From: Octopus vulgaris
Taxonomy: Eukaryota
Direction of reading: 5' to 3'
Length of the DNA stretch: 64,000 bases
Assembly (NCBI GenBank): GCA_951406725.2
Contig: OX597827.1
Span: 65,038,001-65,102,000 of the forward strand
Positions 15,134 to 28,899 of the stretch are shown here, piece after piece. Position numbers and translations under genes: made by a program. Position 1 is the stretch's first letter. Every line of letters starts with the position of its first letter. The notes below the pieces were generated by a model that was given only the letters and a program-made list of their open reading frames with translations, made no database searches and was not told where the DNA came from.

Positions 15134-15522
15134 ATATAAAAGTCAAGTTGTGTGTCTGTCTCCTACGATTTAGATTCCTAAATACTCCCACATTTTGCGG
15201 TGCAGTTTAACCAAAACCGGGTATCTTATAGTCGTGATTCATATTGAGCCCTTCTGGGTATTAGCGCGCGTCTACGATGAGTCTACGATTAAAAAAAAAT
15301 TACCATCATTTTTTCCATTTTAATGCATTTTTTCGCTATTATATAAGGGAACTAACTCTCTAAAAATGTCTACGATGAGTCAACAATTTAAAAAAAAAAT
15401 TTACCGTAATTTTTTTTCCATTTTGATGCATTTTTTTGCTATTTTTGGCTATAACTCTCTAAAAATGCTTATATAGTTAATTCCCTTACAAACCCGAGCA
15501 CCACCGGGCGATACTGCTAGTA
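15130..15522 (-). mobile_element. Second HINE-like element, tail-to-tail with the previous one
   Basis: rc begins tactagcagtatcgcccggtggtgctcgggtttgtaaggg and ends gacagacacacaacttgacttttatatat. Confidence 0.65.
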
Positions 15523-15851
15523 GAATATATATTAAGAAAAGGCAGGGAAGTCCATTATCGTATAAGAAGTATTCCTCCACTGATTCTCTTCCATCAATGA
15601 TATTCTGCTCCACCACGAGCGATATCAAACAAGAATATGAGTTAGATAGCTGAAACATTTAAACAATGGACGATATCCCCACATTTCGTATAATTATGCT
15701 AAGACATAAACATACTAAAGTAATAGGATGGTAATAGTTTCTCTAACACGTCGTTTCTCACTTAAGGAATATTCCGGTTAATAGATAGTAGAATGTGAAA
15801 CTAATAGAAGAAACGGTGTCAGAATACTCACACAACCACACACATATACAT

Positions 15852-16070
15852 AGGCGCAGCGTAGTTCTATGGTAAGAAGTATGCTTCCCAACCACATGGT
15901 TCCGGGTTCAGTCCCACTCTGTGACACCTTGGGCAAGTGTCTTCTACTTTAGTCTCTGGACAACCAAAGACTTGTGAGTCGATTTGGTAAACGGAAACTG
16001 GAAGAAGCCCGACGTATATATATATACACACACACAAACACACATATATATTTATATATTCATAATTACA

Positions 16071-16147
<77 letters not shown>

Positions 16148-16176
16148 ATATGTTTGGGTGTGTGTTTCTGTTTGCC
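15852..16176 (+). mobile_element. SINE family A, 5' half plus expanded internal microsatellite
   Basis: aggcgcagcgtagttctatggtaagaag..ccaaccacatggttccgggttcagtccc. Confidence 0.85.
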
Positions 16177-18827
16177 TAAATTCTGCCTAAATAATGGAAC
16201 TGAAGACACAGTATCCCTGATTATCTCACGTCAAGTTACATTCCTCCACTTCACTCTCTATATTGAGTTTACTGTTGGTTACAGTTACTGCCTATTTCTC
16301 GCTCAGAGATTTAAAACGTGTTGCTCTTCTCTTTACGAGATCAGCGACTGCGTGTCGCTTTAAAAGTATATTCTGTGTGCAGGGTCGAGTGATTGCTATC
16401 TGTAGCCAGCGAATGTCCTGTACCGAGGAAGGGAAATCATCCCAGAAACCATTGGCCAGCAGGTATCACTTCAGCTAGTAAGGGGGCGGTAGACAACCTT
16501 GCTCACAGTATACGGACACAGATTATGTGTCGGTAGCAAGCTGGAGATGATGTTTTCCTGGGGTTAAAAAGTAGTAACATAGTCCTGCGTAGAACCGCCA
16601 CGTTAAGTTGGCAAATAGACTTTACTATATATTACTTGTTAGGGTAGTTAATCGTTAATTTGATACTCTGGAGAATGGAGTTAGCTATTTACTGGATTCT
16701 CTCCATAGTGTTAGCTTCTAGATCATCAATATATGTGACAATTATTCGGTTGCCATAATAAAACTCCAATGTTTTCGTGGTAATCTGTTAAACCTAACTC
16801 GGAGTTTTATTATGGCAACCGAATAATTGCCAAATGCCGAAAGAAAGTTAGAGAGATAGATAGATAGATATATAGACAGATAGAGAGGTATGTATGTAGG
16901 TAGGTGAGTATATATGTATCTATAGATGTATGTATATATGTATGTATATATATGTACTTTAGAGTATTTCAAAGTATTTAAATAAATCACCATTAATCTC
17001 GATCTAAGTTGCCTCGATTGTTCACTTGTTAAATTTTGAAAAGTGTGACTGTTTGATGGCAACTGGAAAGTGGGTTGCTAGAGGTAGGTAACGAAATTAG
17101 AGTAAACATAAGCGTTACGAAGGTGTAAAAATACAGGTAGTGATGAAGCGCATTAAAATCAGTACAGTGAAAGAAGAAAGTAGAAAAGTGAAAATAAAAA
17201 TAAAGGAAAGGGTTAAAAAACAAATTTATAACATATGCTAAGGTCATGATAGTCAGCGTAAAATGTCTGAGCTTCGGCAAGGTAGGTAGGAGACAAGAAA
17301 CTAAATTCATACTAACAAAAGACGGAATAGCAAAGAGAAAAGTACCCAACTGCCGATAAAGAATACAGCAGAAACTTACTAACGAGATTCTCTAACATAG
17401 ATGTGTAGTATTCACAAAGAATGGTGCCGCGAGAAATAGACAGAGAACTACTATCTTGAAGGTACACAAGGGAAGAAAGCGGAAAGCGAAAATTTAAAAT
17501 AAAGACTTTAATATGAGTGATATGAGTTAATTTGAGGAAATTGGTCTCATGTAAGAGGAAACTGCTTCGTAAAATATTGTAAGATGTATGGCGGCGAGAC
17601 GTAATTACGTATAAATACATAAATACATAATACATATATACATACATACCCAGACACATACTTACCCACATACGTATGCATAGACATCCACACACACATG
17701 ATAAACATGAAAACCAGAAAGTTTAAATGATATTGATGATATCGCCTCGTAATATGTTGATTCAAGCAAGTATAAATCTGATTATAAATGCTGCTTTTGT
17801 TGATGTAAGCGTACCCCAGCAGCATTTCCTGTATTGGTAAATGTTTTATTAACAGTTGAAAAGAATCGCCTTAAAGCAATAAGTAACTATATAAGAATTA
17901 GAGAAAAACAGAAAGGAGTGTTCAACAAATATTTATCAAATTGATATTAACCATATTACAATTATCAATGAACAAGTCAATAAAGTTCACTTATTGAAGA
18001 TGCAGCCTAACAGTAGTAGTCACGTAAATACAAAGTGTTCGAGCTAACTTTGACGATACTTCAGATCTCCTTTTCTCAGAAACTGCTTGATCTATTGCTG
18101 GCCAGCGGACGGTGTTGGAGAGGATAAGGGTTAAAATTGTAGTTGAGAAAACGTTAGCTGACATGGAGATCTGAAAACCATGAAACACAGTGAGTTACAA
18201 GAACGGTACAAAAATCGGGGTCAAGGAGAGCAGCAGCGGCAGCGGAGCAGGGGACGAGGCTGAGGGCCATAGTACTACTAAGAACGATGATACAAACACA
18301 CACACACACACACACACATATGCAAACACACACATATGCACACACACACACACACTAAGACGGGCGCATGCACATATAATGATACACAATATAGAAAAGA
18401 ATAGATTAAGCTGAGCAAGAGCACACACGGAGACCGAAAGTGTTGTTGAGGAGGTCACAGATGTGTGACAAAAGAATTCCTGACAATGAACATGAGTTAG
18501 AATAAGAACAGTAAGAAACGAGTAAAGAACGAATATATAGTGCGTGTTTTTATGTGGCACACAATAAATGATCATCCCGAAATACAACAATATCTGTTTC
18601 AACACACGCAAAAATCTATGTGCTTGTTCGTACTCATACATATACAAAAAGGTGTTTGCATGCATACACGTAACATAATACATATATATTTAGTCATTTT
18701 TACATATAAATATACATATATGTGTACAGGCATACATTCACACTCCCACATACGCGTATATACATACATACACACACAGACAGATATATATATATATAGA
18801 TGTATGTATATATGTATATATATATAT

Positions 18828-18881
18828 GCCTTGTGAGTGAATTTGGTAGACGGAAACTGAAAGAAGTCTGTAGTATATATG

Positions 18882-18961
<80 letters not shown>

Positions 18962-19165
18962 TTGTCCCCCTAGCATTGCTTGACAACCGATGCTGGTGTG
19001 TTTTCGTCCCCGTCACTTAGCGGTTCGGCAAAAGAGACCGATAGAATAAGTACTGGGCTTACAAAGAATAAGTCCCGGGGTCGATTTGCTCGACTAAAGG
19101 CGGTGCTCCAGCATGGCCGCAGTCAAATGACTGAAACAAGTAAAAGATAAAAGATAAAAAAAGAT
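18828..19165 (+). mobile_element. SINE family A, 5'-truncated
   Basis: gccttgtgagtgaatttggtagacggaaac...gactgaaacaagtaaaagataaaagata. Confidence 0.9.
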
Positions 19166-19546
19166 ATGCCGGTCCGCTTCTATAAAATATATATATATAT
19201 ATAACTCTTGGGGTAGCAAGAATATGGATCGAAAAATTCTTAGTCGCCAGTGGTCTAGCGAGAAAAAAAAAATTAGTCAATAGACTATATATTATTCAAA
19301 GAAGAATACAGTGTACGTTGAAACACAAAAGATATACCCGAAGAATAGGATATCTGACTCGCTAGAAAGAGCAGTTAAAACTCCAAGCAACCATTTCTTG
19401 TAATTCCGAAAGTGATTGGAAAATAAAAACTTTTACCTTAATCCTAGACCCTGCAAGCTTTCTGCGCGGTAGATTCGAAAAATTAGAACCTATAGACACT
19501 TGGCGGGTTATTTATCGCTCTGTGCCTATGTGTTCAGTCCTGGCAA

Positions 19547-19633
19547 CCTACTGAAGAAGCGACGCTAGATATAGGCTGAGATTATTTTATTTCAGTCTGT
19601 ATTTAAGTCTGCAAAAACCTTGCAGGGTCTAGG
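19547..19633 (+). ncRNA. Type I hammerhead-like motif with long helix II (family H4), GAAA mutated to AAAA
   Basis: ccta|CTGAAGA..long hairpin..gtctgc|AAAA|accttgcagggTC|tagg; helix I ccta/tagg; the inverted partial copy at 19443-19465 retains GAAA. Confidence 0.55.
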
Positions 19634-19685
19634 ATTAAGGTAAAAGTTTTTATTTTCCAATCATTTTCGGAATTATATATATGTA

Positions 19686-19744
<59 letters not shown>

Positions 19745-20205
19745 CATATACATCCTCCTATCACACACCTACATCAGCACATATACAAACATATGCATAT
19801 CCGTATAAATGAAGGGGATGTTCGCATGTAAGTCGTACTTATGCACCGGACGTAGTTTACACTCGTATACATACATATACGCTTACACATACACACATCG
19901 CACACACATATATACATATTCTCGCACACGTGCATATTCCCACAAGTAAAAATGAAAAAAATAGAAATTAAAAAAAGAAAATTAAAAGTAGTTAAAATAA
20001 ATGGGAAGCTTTTGCAGGAACATAGTAAAAATGTGGATTCTAGTCTTGATCTTGGCGGGGGGAGGGGACGTAACAAGTATTTTGACACGTAGATATGATC
20101 CAAAAAGTTCAGTTCTTGTATTTGGAAATGTAGCAGGGACCAAGAAACCTTTCCAGACGTGCCATCTTTCCATATTACAAAGGGTGTACATATATATATA
20201 CGCAA

Positions 20206-20259
<54 letters not shown>

Positions 20260-20823
20260 ATGTGTGTGTGTGTGTGTGTGGATGTGTGGATGTGTGTGGA
20301 TGTATGTGTCTCTGTGTGTACGTGATTATGTAGATAAACAATACATATAAGAAATATTGGCAGGTTCCATAAATATTCGAATTCATGGTTGTGGTGAATT
20401 TCTGCCAATACCAGCTAAACTTACATTCACTTCTGTTTTTTTTCTGAGGTCAATAAAAAATACTAAGCTAAGCCGCTATATCGTCGAAGTTATTTGACGG
20501 TCTGGCAAGACGTAGAATCTGATCCAGCTCACGACGTTCTAATGCCTAGGCTTTCGACCTTACTACCGCTAAGCCATTTCAGCCCAAGTCCGTTTGATGG
20601 AATAGGGAGAGAGCATTTTCATCGCTAATTGTAGGGAAGTAGGTCGGCGTAAACTGTATGCTTATCCCGTGATGTTGAGAATATATTAATAAGCAACCCT
20701 TATGTATGTGTCTCTGTTTCGCGAAAGCAGTCACCCAACCTATAAATCTATGACTGCGTATGTCTGGTCGTGCTTTCTGGAAATGTATACTGTAAAACAG
20801 CATCGGTTTCCTTGTTTATTCAG

Positions 20824-20874
20824 CTGCTTCTAAAAGAACGGAAAACAAAGTATTGTTAAATGCGTGCTATCGTG
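20824..20874 (+). other. Candidate 51-nt symmetric (phase 1-1) exon, xASKRTENKVLLNACYR
   Basis: Acceptor tttccttgtttattcag and donor GTG|gtaagt; length is a multiple of 3 and one frame is open; lies in non-repetitive sequence. Confidence 0.25.
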
Positions 20875-21454
20875 GTAAGTATTTATCTACGAAGAGTTAA
20901 TATCGTCACAAAAGTAAACACCTTAAGATATAAAATTGATTAATGAGGCTACCTTAAAATAGTTTGATGTTGGTAGTGGTAGGTATTGGATAACGTTGGC
21001 TAAAGAACATATATATATATATATATATATATAATCGATTAAGAATCAATAGAGCACACTTGTATTGATATTTAAGTCTGGATAATGAACTCTAGCGTAG
21101 CAGACAGTTGTTTCTATGGTAATTTATCTAAATATTGGCTTCTTTTTGCTCACCAAGCACAAAGGGTCAATATTTTGTTAAGTGAGAAGCGCATAAATGG
21201 ACATTATTGAGCTGTGTTGCTTGATGCAACGAGGATATATATTCTAGGTTACGGTTTCGACTCATATGGAATATGTACGCCAAGTTGTATTGCACTCTAT
21301 TATTACTATATCATAGTTACTCACAGAAGGAGCCTACTTTTTCATTAGTCGAAGTAAAATAAGCATTATTTTTTTACCTTATTTTTTATCCTTTCCTTGC
21401 AAATTATTTAATGCCATGGTGGATAAATTCGTATTCATTTTGGCTCTTAAAATG

Positions 21455-22400
21455 AAATAGAATCATATCATTATCAAAGTGTGCATGATGTATAAATTCA
21501 AAGGTAGTTTTTCAGCAATGGAACCGACGAGAAATATTCGTTCCGTCTATGGTAATGGAGCTTTAAATGTCAAGATATGCCAACGATACTTTCAACAGCT
21601 TCGTCTGGGAATTTTTTCTATTTCTGATTTAGCTCGATCTAGCTCAATCTGGGGGATGAAATTCTTTCAATTTTGAGCTTACGAAAACTGTGATTGGGGG
21701 AACTGTACGAGAATTAGCAGATCAGTTCAATGTAAGTCACTCATCAATCAAAAAAGACTCTCTGTGAACAAGTAAATTGTCTAAAGTCGGTCAATGGGAC
21801 CATACACATCTTACTAATTCTCATTAAAGAGTTGCTATCTGATCATCACTGACGTGGACTCGCTACGAATCTTGTCTATAAATATTCCTTACAAAATCAA
21901 CTATTCTTAGCACCAAAGAAAACAGGAATATTCTTCCCAAAACAGAACTATGCCAGAGAAATGTTATGTTCTGCGTTTGGCGAAATATGAAGAGTATAAT
22001 TTGTCATGAAGTGTTAATGCAGATGTACATTATCGTTCAAAGGAGTCATTGGACAAATATTTACTCAATAAAGCCTATCATTCGTCACTCTTAAAGGTGC
22101 ATGGATTTTTACACGATAGTGCAGAATCAAATATTGGCCAAGTCATTCAGAAAATTTTTATGGCACTAAATATGAGAGTTTTACAGCAGCCTCATTTCTC
22201 ATTTGACCACATTGTATTTTGACAATCATCTTTACAAATAATCGCAGCACTATTTAGAGAGCAAACGTTTTATTAATTGTGAAGAGAGTAAAATGTTACT
22301 CAGTAATTCTTTGCTTCGAAGACTAAAGAATTTTACTCCCGAGAGATTAACAATTTGCCAAAACTGAATCATATTAAGCTGCTAATAATGAGAAAAGAGA
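21455..22400 (+). pseudogene. mariner (DD34D-type) transposase relic
   Basis: CMMYKFKGSFSAMEPTRNIRSVYGNGALNVKICQRYFQQLRLGIFSISDLARS (HTH); TVRELADQFNVSHSSI; VMFCVWRNMKSIICHEVL; FLHDSA; SKTKEFYSREINNLP. Confidence 0.85.
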
Positions 22401-22485
22401 AAGTCGTGATTAAATATAACAATTAAGACCAAAGAATTATTTGCTTTTTTTCTCATCTTGAAATGTGACAGGACATTTCTTTACA

Positions 22486-22533
<48 letters not shown>

Positions 22534-22599
22534 GTGTGTGTGTGTGTATGTGTGTCTGTGTCTGTCTGTTTGTTTGTTTGTCTGTCTGTCTCTTTCTCA

Positions 22600-22659
<60 letters not shown>

Positions 22660-23040
22660 TATATATATATATATATATGTGTGTGTGCGTGCGTTTGGCT
22701 CGCCAGTCACATACATCATCTAAAACATAGAAATATTCCCTCAATTTTGTCATGGTACTCAATAGATGCAGAGCTTCCATACCAGGGTTAACGCTCAGCC
22801 TGTAAATTATGCCTAAAGGAGGCATTCCACATAGTAAAACATCACTGTCCAATAATACTAAACGAATATAATGAGCGAATAGGTACATGTAACCACCGGT
22901 TTTTTCATACTTTGAAATTTTACCACAAATCTAAATGCAACCTAAATAACCACAAAACACATATCCTGAACACTACTTAGGTTATTCCCAACAATCCTAT
23001 TTGAATTAACATAAATTTTTAACTCTATAATCTTATTTTA

Positions 23041-23340
23041 TGGAGGCGCATGGCCCAGTGGTTAGAGCAGCGCACTCGCGATCGAGGGATCGCGGGTTCG
23101 AATCTCAGACCGGGCGATATGTGTTTTTGAGCGAAGCACCTAAGCTCCACGCGGCTCCGGCAGAAGGTAATGGAGAACCTCTGCTCACTCTTTCACCACA
23201 ACCTTCTCTCACTTTTTCCTCCTGCATCTTGCAGCTCAACCGCGACGGTCCGCCGTCCTGTCGAGATGGGGAACCTATACGACAGGGAAACTAGGAAACC
23301 GGCCCTTATGAGTCAGGCGTGGCTCGAAAAGGAAGAAACA
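23041..23340 (+). mobile_element. tRNA-derived SINE family C (resembles octopus OR-type)
   Basis: tggaggcgcatggcccagtggttagagcagcg..ggttcgaatctc tRNA-like head; homologous to 52685-52986 and 53480-53790. Confidence 0.85.
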
Positions 23341-23773
23341 ACACAATAATCTTATTGTAATTGTGTAATACTACATATATGGACATGCATATGCATACGT
23401 ATGTGGATGTTTGTGCGTATGTATATAAACACATGAATATGCGTGTGTGCGTGCGTGTATGTGTAACGTGTGCATGTATGCGTGTATATGATCGCACGTG
23501 TATGCGTATATACATATACTTATGAGTGTGTGTGTGTGTGCATATATATATATATATTTATGTATATATGCATATATATATGTGTGTATATGTATGTGCA
23601 TGCATGCATGTATATATGCATGTATATTATATATGTGTATATGTATATATGTGTGTATATGTATATATGTGTATATGTATATATTAGTGTATATGTATAT
23701 ATGTGTGTGTATATATATATATATGTGTGTATATGTATATATGTGTGCGTGTACGTGTATATATATATGCATG

Positions 23774-24650
23774 CATCCGTACCGGTTTAAATATACAAGT
23801 ATGCAGGCCTATATGGTAGTGCATGACAATTCTTAGTATTCTTCCCTTCCGTTTTGAGGTTACTACTCACGTTAGAAAACCCCCTCCTATACCTTTTCCT
23901 GTACCCATCTCTTAGTGCCATTCTAACATACCACCCCCACCTCACTCGCCGCACATATATTCAGTACTTACATTCTTATCTCTTCCTATCCCTCACTACT
24001 CCTCCCTATCCTCATCACAATATCTTCACCACTAACTAACATTCCTTTCTTCACTATTTTTCACTTTCTTTCACTCCTTTGTTTCTCATTTTCTTTTCTT
24101 GTTTTCATGTTCTCTTCCTCTTTCTTTCCTTCTTCTTTTTGCACCTTTTCCTTTAACCTCTTTCCTCATTTTAACATACACCTTTCTTCTCCCTATCTAT
24201 CCATATAATACTACCAATACCTTTTCAAATTTTCTTTCATACAGGACCACTTTGAATGAACAGCATATGGAATCCACGTATCCACACTTTGAGTGAACAG
24301 CATATGGAATCCACGTATCCACACAGGAATTCACATACCACGAACGAGAAGCAATTTTAACACTTCTACACACTACTTTCCTTGGATACTTGAACTGCAA
24401 CTATAAATTTTTTATATATTTTTACTTTTACTTTTATTTCTACATTCATTTTCCAACTTATTTCCTTCCTTTTCCAAAATAACATCTTATTTTGAACTCT
24501 AATATCTCCCTCTAGTTAACCATCTTACATCATCTCTGATGAAGGGATACCTCTAATATCCCAGAAACAGCTGTAAGACAAACCTATCTTTCATAAATAT
24601 CCTGAAAATTCTGCAAAGCCTTGGCTTTTTTGCCTCATTTTATTTAATAC
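23774..24650 (+). mobile_element. 3' end of a Penelope-like element: possible GIY-YIG C-terminal remnant, pyrimidine-rich 3'UTR, hammerhead
   Basis: catccgtac(c)ggtttaaat = HPY-GLN-like motif, then C/T-rich UTR, 37-bp tandem duplication at 24248-24324 and hammerhead at 24533-24578. Confidence 0.55.
24533..24578 (+). ncRNA. Minimal type I hammerhead ribozyme (family H3), intact core
   Basis: tct|CTGATGA|a gggata cctctaa tatccc a|GAAA|cagctg TA|aga: helix II gggata/tatccc, palindromic helix III acagctgt, helix I tct/aga; predicted cleavage after GUA at 24575. Confidence 0.75.
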
Positions 24651-25260
24651 ACACACACACACACAAAACATGCATACGCACATACACATATATCTATACA
24701 CTTGTGTGCATATGTGTGTATATGTGGAAATGTATATATATGCAAATATATGTACATGTATATACATACAAGCAGCATACATAACACACACACACACATG
24801 CGTTTTGTCGCGCACATTCACATATATACATGCACGCGGGCACCCACACTCACATAAGTACATCTAAGTTCACACATATATATATATATAATGTGAATAA
24901 AGTTTAAGAGATTTTTATTTATTGAAATCAGACGTAAACATCCGGGTGTATTGAACAGAGTGGCAAATATTTCAACAATTGTGTACACAGTCTTGTTACA
25001 AGTCTTCTTTCCTATATATCAGTCTGTGTATCTATCTGTGTTTGTCTATCTATGTCTGTCTATCTGTCTATCTATCTATGTGACTATGTATGAAAGTATG
25101 TATGTATGTATGTATCTATCTACCTATATATCTCTTGATATATCTATCTATCTAAATACACGTATTTTAAAATATATGTATATACTTATATATGTAAATG
25201 TATGAATAGATATATACAAAAACACAAATACACCCTTGCCTCTACAGGCACATATGTGCG

Positions 25261-25300
<40 letters not shown>

Positions 25301-25741
25301 TATATATATATGTGTGTGTGTGTGTGTGTCTGTGTGTATGCAAATTTTTAAAGTAAATTCTGATCCATTGTTATAAATTATAAGTGTATGGTTATTTTAT
25401 ACGCTTACGTACACACTTGCATAGTAATACATATACACATATAGACAGACAGATAGACACGCACACACATATACGCACAAAGACATACATATACACACAC
25501 ACACACACTCATACACAAATACGCGTGTGTAGATACGAATGCACTACGTGTATTCATGTATACATACGTCTGTTTGTGTATTCATACAAGCACACATTTA
25601 TATATACTTGTGTATATCTTTATGTGTATACAAATTGATTAATATGTTTTAGTACTCATATAAACACAATGGCAAAGACACATGCACACGTACATATATA
25701 TATATATATATATGTAGGTGGGTAGATTGATATATATATAC

Positions 25742-25795
<54 letters not shown>

Positions 25796-26359
25796 GAATT
25801 TACATGAGCTCGTATACATATATACACGCATGTATACATGTATGTGCTTATGTATAAATCACTTTATACGTATGTTCATTTCTATGTATATATGTATCTC
25901 TATGAATACGCTTCTCTACATCTGTGCGTGTTGGTGAATAAAAACGTGTTGGTGAATAGAAAAATTGTTTTTCAGTGTTTCAAGATTCCGTTTTCGATTT
26001 TCGATAGAATTACCTTCAAGTCAATAAAATATTAGAAACCAAGATGTTGACTTCGTATTGACATTCTCCAGGAAGATCTAATCCATTGTTGGTCTCTAAC
26101 ATCAACAGAGAGTCAATATTTATTATTTCTTATGTGTATAGTCGCTAGAATACACTTGCCATCTTCTGTACACTTACGCACGCAATTACTCGCGCAAGCA
26201 CTCTCAGACATATATAATTAAACGCACACGCAGACTCACATCCACATGCACGCAAATAAACATACACATACACACGGACACAAAAGCACACTTATATATA
26301 TACAGATATAGACTTATATATATATTTCTCCAGTTCACCGTTAATACCTTTCACGTACA

Positions 26360-26430
<71 letters not shown>

Positions 26431-26533
26431 ATGCATATATATATAACTATATATATGCATACATATGTGTATATAAATATTTACATATATACACATATAC
26501 ATATATACATTCACATACACCCAAGTATATATG

Positions 26534-26580
<47 letters not shown>

Positions 26581-27026
26581 AGGTGAAGGAGAATGGTGAA
26601 CAAGAGAAATATTGACAGTAACTTCGAACATTTGTCCTGCCAAGTCATCATCGAACTCTTACAAGAATGATAAGTATCCGCTCGACAAATATTGTCGAAT
26701 ACTTCCGCCCCTGAACGTAAAATTGTAAAACCATTTTTATTGTAAATTAACAGAAAACCGAGCTCACAAATAAATTGCTCTCTATATTCGAGATTCCGAT
26801 GGAAATATAAGGTGCTGTTGAAGCACACAAATTTGGGTCCACTGCATGTTTTAGCAGAAACAACTGTAAGCTTACGAAGTTCGAAAGAAATTCAGTTATT
26901 CCTTAGTCATCTCTGTTTCTTACTATCTCAGTTTTGAAACATACGTATATATACATCGATTTATTACTCTTGCAATGCCTAGGTGAAACATTAAGAATTC
27001 ACACACACATACACAGACCAGTATAT

Positions 27027-27075
<49 letters not shown>

Positions 27076-27079
<4 letters not shown>

Positions 27080-27280
27080 TAATCCAAACGGGAAAACAGA
27101 AAAAACAACAACACGTGGAACAATTACAGTATTATTATTATTAGGCGCTCAGCAAAATGGAAGAAGGAGGGTATGACGTTTCGAGCGGAGCTCTTCGTCG
27201 GAAACATAGGAGAAAGAAAGATCCCGAGACGGGAGGACAGAGGAAAAAAATTGCAGGTAGTCTTCACGAGGTCACATACT
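27076..27280 (-). mobile_element. Hammerhead element family H1 (core CCGACGA)
   Basis: rc atgtgacc...gtttccgacgaagagctccgctcgaaacgtcatac...ggattaacc, followed by (TA)n. Confidence 0.8.
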
Positions 27281-28502
27281 GAAAAGACGGATGTGGTAAA
27301 AAAGTAGGAAAATGTTTTTTAAAAACAGGAGAGCTGAATCAAAGAGGGAATGGTAAAAAAGGTGTGCGAGAAAACGAGGGTGTGTGTGTGAGTGTGTGCG
27401 TGTGTGTGTATGTGTGTGTATGGTGGACAGTGGCTAGTAGCAGGCAGTAGTAGAATTAAAGGAGTGGTGTGGGGGTACCCTAGCAAGTCAGAAAGGCAGA
27501 TCAGAAACAGGGAGGTATGTGTGTGTGCGTGTGTATGTATGTGTGAGTGTGTGCGTGTGCGTGTGTGTATGTGTGTGTGAGGCGAGATAAAAAAACAAAA
27601 AATATGTATATGTTAGTGCGTGCAGGGCGAACGGATGACATAGCAAGTCTCGAGTGAGTGGTCAGTGGTAAAAAAGGGAGGAAGGAGGGAAGAAGGGAAG
27701 GAGGGAAAGGGTGGGGGCGTATGTAACGTGCCAGTGTGTGTGTTGAGTGGTAGTGTGTGTGTGTCCAGTGTGCGTAGTTGTGTGTATGGCAAGTAAATTT
27801 GAAGTGTGTGTAAGTGTAATGTATATATATATGCAAATGTGTGTGTGTGAGCGGGTGTGTGTATGTGTGTGCGTGTGTGTACAAAGAGGGGGGTTAAGGA
27901 AAAAAAACTGCAGCGGAGGGGGGGGAGGGGAAGATGGAAGAGTGGTCCCGCGGCGACAGGCGTGGGAGAACCCAAAGAAGCGCGCCGGCCCCAGATACGT
28001 ACAGGAGATCTAGTCGGTCAACCACGAGCGTGGTGCATGCATGCGTGTATGCGTGCGCGAACGTGCACAAGCGTGTATGTGCGCGCGCCTGCGAGTGTGT
28101 GTGTAAGTATGTATGTGTGTGGATGTGTGAGTGTGTCTGTGTGTAAGTCTGGGTGTCAGTGTGTCCGATGAATGTATGTAAGTATGTGTGTGTATATGTG
28201 TTTATATAGATGTATGTCCGTGTGTGTGTGTGTGTGTATGTGTATGAGTGAGTATGTATGTACGTGTGTGTGTGTGGAAGTGTGTGTATGTGCATGTGTG
28301 TGCGCGTACATGCAGGTGTGTGAGTGAGTGTGTGTGTATGTATGTGTGAGTGTGTATGTATGTGTGTGTAGGATGCATGTATGTGTATGGGTGTATGTAT
28401 GTGTGTATGTGTGTATGTATGTGTACGTGCGTGTGTGTGTGTGTATGCATGTATGCATGTATGTGTATGCATGTGCGTATGTGTGTGTGTGTGCATGTGT
28501 GT

Positions 28503-28554
<52 letters not shown>

Positions 28555-28599
28555 GCATACATACATACATACATACATACATACATACATCATATATAT

Positions 28600-28637
<38 letters not shown>

Positions 28638-28654
28638 ATAGGGAGAGAGAGAGA

Positions 28655-28842
28655 TCGCTAGTCACTACACATTCATTATTTTCTCTCCTTGTTTCTTTCT
28701 GTGTTCCTTTTAGTGGAAGAGCGTAGGCTTGAAACGTTAAAGATCTTTTTCACACACACCCCCGAGCGTTATACTAATACATCTGTTTGTTGTCTACACC
28801 ATCTGTCTCCGTCTTTTTGTGTTTTTTTGTGAATTCTCCCTA
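28655..28842 (+). mobile_element. Hammerhead element family H2, degenerate
   Basis: tagtggaagagcgtaggcttgaaacgttaa; ends at (TA)n. Confidence 0.7.
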
Positions 28843-28899
28843 TATATATATATATATATATAGCACATTAAGTATAATCCCAGGTAAACCTAGGTAATA

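Noticed and set aside
23041-23115. tRNA-like sequence (also 53480-53550 and 52915-52986)
   Set aside because: Continues into a SINE body with a TSD and lacks a proper acceptor stem; SINE head, not a tRNA gene
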